Assembly: GCA_964270895.1 (NCBI GenBank)
Contig: OZ185436.1
Reading direction: 5' to 3' (one strand)
Length of the DNA: 64,000 bases
Source of the DNA: Podarcis filfolensis
Lineage: Eukaryota
Of this stretch, positions 13,000 to 24,500 are shown piece after piece (within the stretch, counting starts at the first letter, position 1; each line of letters opens with the position of its first letter). The position numbers and the translations under genes were made by a program. A model generated the notes under the pieces. It was given only the letters and a program-made list of their open reading frames with translations. It ran no database searches and was not told where the DNA came from.

Positions 13000-13782
13000 G
13001 ACACAGTTTGCATGTAATGCTAAGCCAACCCATGGCTAAAGACGAATGTGTAAGCATATATGTATTCACAGCAAACATGGCAGCAACTTCACTCCTCTGG
13101 TCATCCTACTGCCATGCTTCCTGGAGCAAAGCCATGGTCTGGCATGGCATCACATCCAAATCAAGGCTCATGGTGGTTTGCGTTCCCCAGACAAACCATG
13201 AGCTGTAAGTCCCATCCCCCCCCGCACCCAAACAAACCATTAGCTACAGCTTATGGTTTGTCTGGAGCAAGACAAATCACAAGCCCAGGTTCAGATGTAA
13301 TGCTAAGCCAAACCATGGTTAAGCTCCAGGCAGTGTGGCAGCAGGCAAAGCAGGCACACAAATGAGGCAGGGTGAAGCAGCTGCCTCAGGTGGCAGAAAT
13401 GCAAGAGGCAGCACCCAGCCTGCCCCACTGCTTCTGCCACCACTGGAACGCCCCACTCTCACCTAGTTTCGGCGAGAGTGGGGAGTTCCACCACTCTGCT
13501 TTGCTGCTGGTCTCGCTCTGCCGCTGGGGGCAGAAGGAGGCCCGCAGAAAAGTTCACTGCAGGGCAGGGAGTCTCAGCAAGGGGGGAAATCCCTTCCTAC
13601 ATCCCACCAAGGGGGCGGCAGCAGGGCATTTAGTCTCAATCACCAAAATGCTTTGGGCTGCCCCTGGAAGCAGGAGGACCAGGGGAGGTATGAAGCAGCT
13701 GCAATTTTTGCTACAAGTAGTCACAGGCTCACACATTCATGTTTAGCCATGGTTTGGCTTAGTGTTATTTGCAAACCAGGCC
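13000..13782. mobile_element. Degenerate inverted-repeat element(s), possibly PIF/Harbinger-like
   Basis: The motif TAATGCTAAGCCAA(A/C)CCATGG occurs at about 13015 and 13298 and inverted at 13743-13782, around a GC-rich interior. No clean TSD was found. Confidence 0.4.
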
Positions 13783-15986
13783 ATTAGCCAGTTGTGGATA
13801 CTCAAATGAGGAAGTGAAAGCTATCTGAACCAAATTCAGAGGTACTCCTCCCAAGAAGCAAGGTACAGAAGATACAGTCCTTGGAAAGGCTCTGAAACCC
13901 AACAACAGTATTATGTAACTGAAATCAAACAATAATGTATGTTCGTTGCTACTGTTCAAGGCATGGGAGTTGCCTAGTTACACCATACCACTTGCTAAAT
14001 TGTGTTTTCTATAAGCTGGTTCCACCCAGCATAATGTAAGTTGTATACTTGATATCAGTATAAGCCTGCAAGGTAATTAATTACAAAGATAGGACATTTT
14101 TGTACTTGCACATGAGGCAACATGGTTATATATTAAGATTCCATTTCACATAGTTTAAGGCCATGGCGCAGGAAGCTAACTGAAACTGGATTTGGCTCTC
14201 TTCTCTTTGAGGAAAGACCATACCTGCTGCTCAGGTCCCCCATATGTTTCACCTGGATAATTTATTCTCCACCCTGAATAGCTATTTGGGTTTGGTGACA
14301 GTGGTAGCTACTGCTTTCACCCCAGAAGTAGGTAGAAGCAACTCTGGGTAGCCACTGTGTCAAGCATTTTGGGATTCTTTGTGACAAAATGAACTATTAA
14401 AGGGTAAGTTAATTCCATTACTACCAGGAACCTAGACAATAGAAGAAATTTACTTTCCAGGAAGGCCGTAAATCTGCTCTAGCCATGCCAAGGCCAGTGA
14501 TGAACTAGAGCAAAAGCCTTGGACAAAGTAGATAAATAAGGGAGTCTGACACATAAAACCCCGAGACATGTAAGTTAAGATTATTGCTTAAGCACTGACC
14601 CTAAACAAGACAAATGTATTGCTTAACATACTGCTTCTAGGAGGCTGTACATTAATATATTTTAGGTATGTTTTGATTCAAACCATTTTCAGAACAGAAG
14701 AATGGTTATTTATGTGACTTCAGCAATTCCTCAAGCTGTACCATTTTCAGCTGATAAAAGCATTGTTCATTTTGTCAGACAGCAGACATTTATTAATTTA
14801 TTCTCTACATCCAGAGTAGGCAGTATGTGTACCCACTAAGATGTTTCTGACAAAGTTTTCAATGTCAAAGTGTCATTGTCAGAATTTACAAGATTTCAGC
14901 AGTGAATTTGGACTAGGAGTATCATCCATTCTGCATAATGCACAGATTAACTGGAGTCTGCAGGAACACAAAATGCTCAATGACAACAGATAATTTTGTC
15001 ATCACATATGCCAGAGTTTAAAAGATTTCGAATCAGCTCCAAGTCTGAACAATGGGGACTCAGGCCACTTCTATATCCCTAATTATGAGTAGTATAGTTC
15101 CCCACTGTTGAGGCCTCAGCCTGCTCTTGGGCCTGGTTGTTCCTAGGAACGCTTGAGCCAATCCATGTAATGGGAAATATAGCTACCACGGTCAAAGAGG
15201 CTACCATATCACCAGGCCTAGGAGCAGAGATGGAACAAGGGAACTACCTCTCCCATAATTCCAAGAGTCGTTGAAAATAAGTTAATTATGGAGTGGAACC
15301 AGTGCATTTGGCCTGTCCCAAGTTAAATGGTCCTTAAACTTCAATTCAGGGGCAAATTCTGCACCATCTTGTTCTGTAGGTGTATCACAATATAGAGGAA
15401 CCACAATGAAACAACACTGAGTGGTATCTTCATCCAAACCAAAATTCATCACTTCTGTAACTTATATGCTTAGCTCACTTTTTCCACCAGCTTACCGGAC
15501 AGACAGTACATACACAGCTCTAGGGCTAGGTCAGTTGGTTACCTTGTACTCCAACAAAACCCCTAATATTCAAAGGACTCTTGTACATTATATCTATGGT
15601 ATAACAGGATTGCCCAAGACTGTAAAATACTGAGGAAAATAGGCAAACAGGGTAGGTGCATTTTACATATCTTCAGATAAGGCTTCAATTTTAAATGACA
15701 TTTTAAAAGTGTTACTAATCTGAAGCCACTTCAGAAAGCAATGTTGGAAAACATGGCCTGTGTTTTTAAGAGGTATGATGCCAAGGAGGCCATTAAGGAC
15801 ACACAAATGTTTTACTGACGGCTTCCACTTGAAGCAAAAGAAAAAGGAGGTCCAGAGTCTGGACAAACTAACAAATAGGAGGGGGAAGTAACTGCTTTAG
15901 CTATTCTATAAATACTTGAACTTCATACTTTGTGCAAGTATGTCAGCCTAATTATTTATTGCAGGAAAAGAGTAATCCAAGTTTAC

Positions 15987-16068
15987 CTTTCAGTGAATCA
16001 CTTTCAGCTCTCATTATGTCAATTAGCGAGTTCTCCAGTGAATGCATGTCAAAAGTTCTCGTGCGATC
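15987..16068 (-). CDS. CPEB4: CPEB4 coding exon 2 (82 nt): DRTRTFDMHSLENSLIDIMRAESDSLK-G
   Basis: Acceptor ttttacttgcag|GAT and donor AAAG|gtaaac. Phase 0 joins exon 1 in frame. The peptide matches mammalian CPEB4 DRPRTFDMHSLESSLIDIMRAENDTIK as recalled. Confidence 0.95.
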
Positions 16069-16598
16069 CTGCAAGTAAAACACAAATACCAGTTTAAAGA
16101 GAATGCTACTAAGAACTACCCAGAAACCTTTTCAAATCAGATTTTTTTTAAAGCAGCAATTTAATAAAATACTCCAAATCAGCTTATATTGATTAGAGTA
16201 AAGCAAACTATTAATGATTTGGAGAACAGTTTGTAAGCACTGGAGGCTGCAGCATTTACTGATGTTAAGTGGGTATACACCGGATCAGTCCCTTGGAGCA
16301 CAATAATTTTGAAACAAAAGTACTGTTACTTCAAGTTAGGAAGTCAAGGTTATCTGAACCTAATGAAGAGGTACTCCTACCAAGAAACAAGATACTGTAC
16401 AGAATATATAATGTCTGCATCATTTGAGTAAATATTTTTCATATGTGGCATAAAAATTGCTTTAAGGCAATTTAGTTTGATTTAATATTTGCATGCCACC
16501 TTTGCAACGAAGTTGAGCTCAAAATGACTCACAATAACAAAGCATTAAAAACAAGTGAACAGCATTTTGATCAATACAATCATATCAAAGACACAATA

Positions 16599-16925
16599 CA
16601 GTAGTGCCTCGCAAGACGAAAAGAATCCGTTCCGCGAGTCTCTTCGTCTTGCGGTTTTTTCGTCTTGCGAAGCAAGCCCATTAGCGGCTTAGCGGATTAG
16701 CGCTATTAGCGGCTTAGCGGGCTTAGCGAATCAGCTGATAAGCGGCTTAGCGGCTTGGGGAAAAGGGGGGGGAGGAAAAAAACCCTGCAGGAACTCGCAA
16801 GACATTTTCGTCTTGCGAAGCAAGCCCATAGGAAATTCGTTTTGCGAAGCACCTCCAAAACGGAAAACCCTTTCGTCTAGCGGGTTTTCCGTCTTGCGAG
16901 GCATTCGTCTTGCGGGGCACCACTG
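16599..16925. mobile_element. Tc1/mariner-superfamily (Tigger/pogo-like) MITE
   Basis: 22-bp TIRs with 2 mismatches (CAGTAGTGCCTCGCAAGACGAA and TTCGTCTTGCGGGGCACCACTG), TA target duplication at 16597-98 and 16926-27, multiple internal TTCGTCTTGCG motifs, CpG-rich. Confidence 0.88.
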
Positions 16926-19900
16926 TAAGTAAGGCAAAATCAGTTCTACAAATAATGCAGTTCAAAACAACCTCATATTTTAAAAAAAATCCAAAAATAT
17001 TTTTTTTCAGTATTTAAGGCAAATCAAGACCTAGTGAAAAGCATTTCAGAATTCACTGTCACTAAATGATGACCTTAAATATGTTGTGTGTTTTAGACAA
17101 CACTTTCTCTCATATAAAATCCCACTACTTTTAGGGATCTCCAATAGGCTACCTTTCCATGGATAATTAGATACGTGTACCCAAAATGTGGATTTTCCAA
17201 TGTAGTATGGCAGCTCTGGAATACTTTTTTTGGGAGGCCTCCAAGGCTACATCATATGGTGTTAGCTGTCAACTGAACACTTACTTATTTTAGAATACAT
17301 TTTAGTTCTCAAGTCTCAACATGGATAGTTTTGCTGTCACTGTATGTAATTATATTGATATTTTGCATTGAATTTTTGCTGTGTGTTTTGTTAGGTTGTT
17401 GTAAACTACCTTAAGCACATTCAGGATGGAAATGGGGTTTAAATATCCAAAATATATTGAAGCAAATTTAAGACAGTCAAGAGCTACCACCAGTCCTGTT
17501 TGGAAAGTAGAATCACAATATGCGAATAATAAACAAAATAATAAAAATATAACCCTATCTGATGCAAGGCCATGTTTGCCAAATTTCATCAGCTTGACAC
17601 GTCAAATGCCGATTTAAAACCACAGACTTCAAGCCTCAGTAAAAGTAGTTTCATAAAACAATTATATTTAGTTCTTTATGCAATTAGAGTAAAACATAAC
17701 TAGTTATGCATTTCCAAACACTCATATTGATATAAATGAAGTGGTGAAATAGTCCAAGTGGGAAACATTCTCATTGAGCTAAATTTTTAGTCTCCTACAT
17801 TTCTTATCTTTTTCTTTTATTTTTTTACTCTACTGATAGGATATATTGATGCTTGTATCCCCCCCCCCCACATGTTATACAAAGGTATAAATAATTCTTT
17901 TTAAATCTGAAGCATTTTTAAATATTACAAACAACTTTTTATGACCATAATCTCAAAACCATCCTCTTAGCATTTAAAACCCAAAGAGCTCGTCGATTTA
18001 CTTGAAATGCAGCAGTGCAGTACATAATGTCATTTGCTCTGTGCTATACAGTTATCAGTAGTTTCTGGTCAGATGCAGTTCAATAAAAACTGCAAGTCAT
18101 GGAATTCTACTTACTTCAAATATTGGTATTCCACATTACCTAGTGTTCCAGATAACAAGAGTACACTGCATATGTTGAAATTCCATTCAGTGTCGTGAGA
18201 CCAACATTGGAATTAACATAGAAATTTAACTGAGGCACAACGACTTGCAGTGTAGACATTACCATGTTGTCATCTGTAACACACTTCCCAAGTATTTCTC
18301 ACATACAATAGCCAAAACCATCACTTAGCACGTACTTTCATATTTCACTCTTGAGCGAAACAACAAATACCCAACTAAACAGAAAGTTCAACGTTGTGTC
18401 ATCTGGAGGAGGTAGAGCACTCTGGAGGAGCCAGCCGCTGATGCTGCAAAGTGCAGCATGCATGACGTACATCACATGCATGCGACATGAAACCGGGCCC
18501 CCTCAACAATATCCAACAAATATTCAGAGGGGTGAAGACACCTCCCCCCCCAAGTTGGCATGTCTGCTAAGACGTGCCCACTGTTTTATATTTCAAATTT
18601 CTCATTGTTGTTTTAATGGGTATAACATTAGTTCCAGGTAGTCTACTTAAACTCACCTACCTAAAAAATTAAAATAAAAAATGTTTCTGCCCTAAAGGAA
18701 ACTATTGTGAACTTACTCTGGACATGGGATTAGCAACAAGGCTTTGTTTAACTATGCACACGAGCCCTGCTTGCAGTTCTTTGCTCCCTAACCTTGATGT
18801 CAAGCTGTAATTTCCCAAAGTCAGTAGAGACACGCCAAGTTAAATACCAGCTCATCTCTTACACCCATTTTCAAGAGGCCAGGTAAGTAATAAAAGCATG
18901 GCAATCCAACAGTAGAATTATATTTTTAAAATATAATTCTCCATCAAAACTTGCTTTACTCCCCAACAAGGGAAAAGATGAAAAGTAAATTGTTAAGTCA
19001 ATGCTTGAAGCAACAGACCTTGTTGATGCTGAGCTTTGCTAGTATACACAGTTTTCGAGTTTAAAATGCATATCCTTCTCAATTTCTTACCACCTTATTT
19101 CCTTACTGTCTCCCTAGGATCAGGTGAAAATGAGAAAGGTCTATGTATCTGCACACTGATGACTATATAGCCCAGATCTCAAAACTGGAGATTTTCAGCT
19201 TCAACTGTGTCCATTCACCCAGAGTTTTTATGTAGATGCTTAAGCAGAACAAGGAAATAACCCTGCAGGCGACTCGCCACAGGGAGGAACAGTAGCTGCC
19301 CCAGCATCATTTTCTGAGCCCTGTCTCAGAAGGAATAAGCAGAGCCTACTTAACAGTGCACCCAAGCCCTACCCCCTTGGTCAATGGTACTGATTGTGAC
19401 TGAAAAGTCCAGACAGGAACACAGTCCACCTTCCATCTTCTGATGTAAATAATCCACAAAAGTGATAAAGGCTGTTTCCAGTCCCAAAGCAGGCTGAAAC
19501 CTCAGATTGAAATAGCTTACCTTAAAGTAATAAGAATTTATCTTATTTTATACACACATTCTTTTGCTCTCATCTCATAGAAACAACTTTCAGAAGTAAT
19601 ACAATATTTCAGGTTATCTAGAGAGATTAACTTGTGTTTTGCAAGTTAATCACTGGGCCCTTTATGGGCAAGTTCAATGATGCCAAAGTTTTTTTTTAAA
19701 GCTATAGAAGAAACATGCACACAGGACAATATACTGCAATTGCGTATAAGGAAAGTTTTGGGAAAGTCCAATGGTGAATAGAGGTAAACATATTTTTAGC
19801 ATTACAGGATCCTAACAGACCTAGAAGGAGGTCATTCCCTTTAGATATGTTCATACGTAAAAGTAAATTCATAGCTGGAAAGCAAGCCAATGGAACATCA

Positions 19901-21127
19901 ACGCTTATATTCCCATTAGAGAAGGTAATGTGGCTTAGTGTACAATTTTGGACTTTGACTAGATTGTGATCAGCATGTTCTAAAGTCAGAAAGAAGGAAC
20001 AGAAGGAAGCCAAAAACTTGTGAAAAATAGAGGAGAGCTCTATTGGTCCCTAATACCTGTCACTCAAATGGAGGAGCCTACACAGGTTCCATCTTCTCAA
20101 CCAGGAAATAAAACCTTAGGTCACCCATGGTAAAAAAAAAATATGCAACAAGTTATCTCACAAAACAACAAAGAGAGACTATAAAAGCATGGTCCACATT
20201 CCAAGGCAATGCATAATTTTTAAGAACATTTTTAAAATGCTCATTTTCCATTTTAGTTAGAACGCTACTTACTCTTATCATATATGCTAAGTACAGTGGA
20301 GCACTCATGGGTTCTGCTGTGGGTCAGCAGAGCTCATGGCTGAGACAGACATTATCCTCCCATTTAATATAAGCAGGGTACTGACAATACTATTCAAACT
20401 GACAGCACTTGCAAGTTTCTGCACCAGCCAAAACTCACGCGATTGAGCAAAAAAATACCTATTTAATTTTGAACATCAAACATTAGAACAGAACATTAAG
20501 GAAAGGTTTGGAGCTCTTTGGAATTAGTCATCCAGTTGTCATAATTAATGAGTTGTGAGCATCAAGTAGGTGTGATGCCAGTTTTAGACCTGCCACATCT
20601 TGCAACAGTATCTGCATTCATGTATCAAGAAAAGTTATGAAGACATTCAAGTCACTGTGTAAAAACACAGGGAGATCCAGGAAAGCATAGCTTTGACAAG
20701 TGAGCATTTCTTACATCCTGTTTCAGCAGACATATACTTAAAAACCAATGAGGGTCTGACCATTCTTAGGAGATACAAGAAATTCCTATGAGATGAACTC
20801 AGCAGCCTTTCACCAAACCTAACTTACATATGGATACAATGACTGGGTAAGAAGATAGGTGCTGTGCAGGTTCACTCTACATGACTTACAGGAACTAATG
20901 TCTATTTTTGCAGACTTTTGACTTCACACTGCTCCTTCTTATTTAATTTAAAGCACATAATCTCATCATATTCTGAACTATTCTGCCACCTCCCACCTCT
21001 AAGAAGATCTCAACCTATTTTCTTTTCTTGTCAAAGGGAGGCTGACATGTCTATAGTTACTGGTATTCTTCCATAACAATTTCTTAACATTCTGTATAGA
21101 CAGATCACTTCACATCTTTCCAGGAGG

Positions 21128-21163
21128 ATTCTTCATATTTAATCAATTCTTCATATTTAATCA
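21128..21163. repeat. Exact 18-bp tandem duplication (attcttcatatttaatca x2)
   Basis: Read directly from the sequence. Confidence 0.9.
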
Positions 21164-21498
21164 ATTAAGCTGCTATATGCACAGTTCTGAAATAAAACAT
21201 GCATTATGGCCAAGAAGAAATAGAATACAGTATGTCCCTGCTACCCAATTCAAGAAAAGTTGCTTCACACTTGCAAAGGATGGGTCCATCCATATGCAGA
21301 GTGGGTGGTCATGCTTTCTGCTAGTTAAGGAGGAGTGTGTCTGAAGACATCTGATAGGCATGCAACTAGGAGCCTAAAGCCTTGTCCACACTTCCACTTG
21401 TCCCATGCCTAGCTCAGAAAATGATTTGTGCTTTGGCAAAACCATGCTTAATCATGTTAACAGGCTATCAAGCAGTTTCACTAGAGGTACAAGTAAGG

Positions 21499-21522
21499 AA
21501 TAATAATAATAATAATAATAAT
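21499..21522. repeat. (AAT)8 microsatellite
   Basis: Read directly from the sequence. Confidence 0.9.
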
Positions 21523-24500
21523 AAAATCAACCACTAAGGGTACAAAGAAGAAACCAAGAATCAACCCCAACTCTTAAACAGAAGTAGGTTTTCATTTTGG
21601 GAGTGGTTTCCCCCACTGCAACATACAGTTAAAAGGAGATGTGCAAGTCAGTTGCAATTCTACTTTCTGTCTCACGTTTTAACACTCAAAAACAAAATCC
21701 ATTTATCTCTGTGAAGCAAATGTTTGCTTCATTGCGGGAGGGGTGCTCAGGGGTAGGGCACCAATTTTTTTAACCCTAGGAGAGCTGCTGCTAGCTGGAG
21801 TAGATAGGGCTTAATATGCCAATGCAGAGCTTTGCGTGTTCATTCTGAAGTGGTACAGTACAAGAGGACTACCATACAACATGGCTCTTACTTCTTTTTC
21901 TATATAATAGGAACAGTGTGCTCTTGCCCAGGTCCCCTGGAAATTGAGCCACTTTTCTCCAGCCAAAGGACAATTTCTTCTGGGGTTGTTTGTATTCTGG
22001 TGTGGATGGGGAAGTACAAAAACAGATGCAATGTTTGTCAAATATGAGGAGTGGTTGCATAGCTTCCCTTTAAAATAAACACAAATTGGCTCTATTGGGG
22101 GGAATGAAAACAATGGCCATTGCCCTCCGCCAATATCCCATCGGACACCACATCAAGTCACTGTGCTAACCTCAAAATACCTATATGAATGAATTAATCA
22201 AGTCTGATGACTATATGGGCATAATAAATAAGTAAACAGATGACCAGCAGCACAATAAAGCATGAGCACTTGTGTTTATTTACCGCAGTTTGCTATAATG
22301 TATCTGTAGTTTTACTTTAACAGGTGGTTCAAAGGATACTGAATTGGAAAGTCTACAAAGAACAAGCAAGTAATTGTGCTAATAAGAGCCTGACTAATAA
22401 AGATTACATTACTAAATAACTGCTTTCTACCACTAAAGAATAGAAGGCTGTCAACCGATAAGGAAATAGCAGCTGTTTCTCAGAGACATACCAGTATCAT
22501 CATGCATTTTGTACATTTAGTCAAGATGCAAGACACTTCTAAGTAATTAATTAAACCTCACGGTTTAAAAAAGATTTTTGTAAAACTAAACACTGATGGT
22601 AGTAGATGGTAGATATTTGCTTAATATACACTAAAGGATGTCAGTTAATATTCTGCACTGTGCTATAACTTCATTTGAAAGAGAAAAAAATGGTTGGTGT
22701 CTTTCCTCAAGGTTGAAATCATTTTGAAACATGTGCCATTGCTTATCAGCCTCCAAAAGGACAAGGAGACATATTTTAATGCAGAGATTGCACAACTGAG
22801 CCAAATTTGCAGGAGTTCTTGCTCCACACACTGGTACCAATCCATAATTTCCATTTTAAAATTCTGTGGATGTGCGCACGCATGTGCACACACACACACA
22901 CACACACCAGCTTGAATCATACTTCAGATGACAGAAAGGCTCTCTTTAAAAGAGAAAAAACCTGAAAGCACTATTAAAGACTGCATACTCCTGAGGTTTG
23001 CCGCATACAGAGCATGCATTGTGATACTCTTGAACATATTAGAAATAAGAGTCACAAATAATTATGGCACATCTCTGCTTTCAAGAAGCTTTGGTGCAAA
23101 CACAACTTTAGAACTTCAGCAATTTTTCCTGCAGCAGGCAGTGAAATCTTGTTCTGGATTCAGGCAGAGTGCTTGCACTTTCAAAACTAAACCTGTCATC
23201 ATCTGTGTTCCACAAGCACAGCAATACTTAAAATGGGAGATCCCTTCCAGTGCTCATTTGATGGGAGGGTTGGGCGGCCCTTAATGAAATCCACAGGCTC
23301 TACTCTCTGAATCTCTCCACTTTTAGCCAAATAGACAAATAACATCTCCAAAAGTTTTCAAAAATAGTCACTATTAAGATGTCACATATGGTAAGGATTC
23401 TGGACCCCTGTAATTCAAGCAGTGGCACTAGGTTCTGCAGTTGTATAAAAATTCAGTGGTGCAAGAAGAACATAAAATTATGACATCTACTTTTTGTGTA
23501 ACCCCTTGCACCATATGGCGTCCCTATGCTTGTACGATTTCATTCTACTCTTACTAGGTAGAACATGCATACACACAGACTAAGGGTCACGATGTGTCAC
23601 AGTTTGCACCCATATCACCTGATAGTTACTGCTGAATGTTTCTATATTGTGTTTCCCAGGGTGAGGCAATCTAATCCATAAATTGCCAACATGAATGCCA
23701 AACACTGTAGAATCAAAAGCCTGTCTGGGTGTGACAAACTTGCTTGTAGCAAAGGCTGTGGTGTGTCTTTTAAAGTGAGAGTTCTTTGAAGATTAAGGCT
23801 TCAGTAACAATGTTTGCTGATGATGTAAGCAATTTAATTGAAGCATTGTTTAAAGAATAAGCATATGTTAACTCATCATATTTTATGCACTGCTCCTGTA
23901 CATATAAACACACCTGAATTTAAAAACAAGTCTTGGGTTTCTGAAACTTATCTAAAAACTATTATTTAAATAATCCTTATCACCTAAGAGGTATCCTAGA
24001 TAAGTGGTTCTTCCTCACTCATGTCTACCACTCTGAAAAATGCAGGAAAAGGAGAGGAGCAAAAGGAATATAAATATTTCGTTTTACAGAGCAGAAAGAC
24101 TGCTTCAGCCCCTCTCGCCATGATTGGTACATTGTCTTTACCATTATGTTCTACCTTCCTTCTACAGCTCTTTCAATGACATGATTTTAAATAGAGGTTC
24201 TTAAATGCACTGAAGTTTTGGCTATATTAAAGAAGAGGGAGGGAAAATATTGCAAAAGCCTTTATTGCTTAAGCAAAAACCGTCTAACTCTTGCTGAACA
24301 ACTTTTGAGTTTTATGAGTTGGAGTGACTTGTACATGTTCTCCCAGACTGGTTCTAGGTAAATCTTGCACATGTATAGCCAGTTGTGGTTTCTTTTTTTT
24401 TCTTTTTTTAATGCACTGAATCCAATTTGGGCCTATTTGGGAAGTGCAGAAAACAAATGCTGTCCCCTGTTGTCCTCCTAGCTCCTTGCTGTCCATCAGA

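Larger units (their letters stand above)
1..15986 (-). other. CPEB4: CPEB4 intron 2 (partial; continues beyond the left edge of the window)
   Basis: Starts at the GT donor (AAAG|gtaaac) after exon 2. A manual scan found no sequence encoding exon 3 (GRLNYSYPGSDSSLLIN in mammals, recalled) or microexon 4. Confidence 0.75.

Noticed and set aside
1-15986. CPEB4 exon 3 (51 nt) and neuronal microexon 4 (24 nt)
   Set aside because: A manual search for the reverse complements of GRLNYSYPGSDSSLLIN and ARTYGRRR codons with splice sites found nothing (near-misses at about 6677 and 14240 fail). They probably lie left of the window, though a manual scan could miss a diverged copy.
18456-18483. GCATGCATG inverted repeat giving two UGCAUG (RBFOX) motifs on the pre-mRNA, with a CRE-like TGACGT in the loop
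   Set aside because: Only a 9-bp stem, 2.4 kb from the nearest exon and within a GC-rich patch that looks transposon-derived; likely chance.
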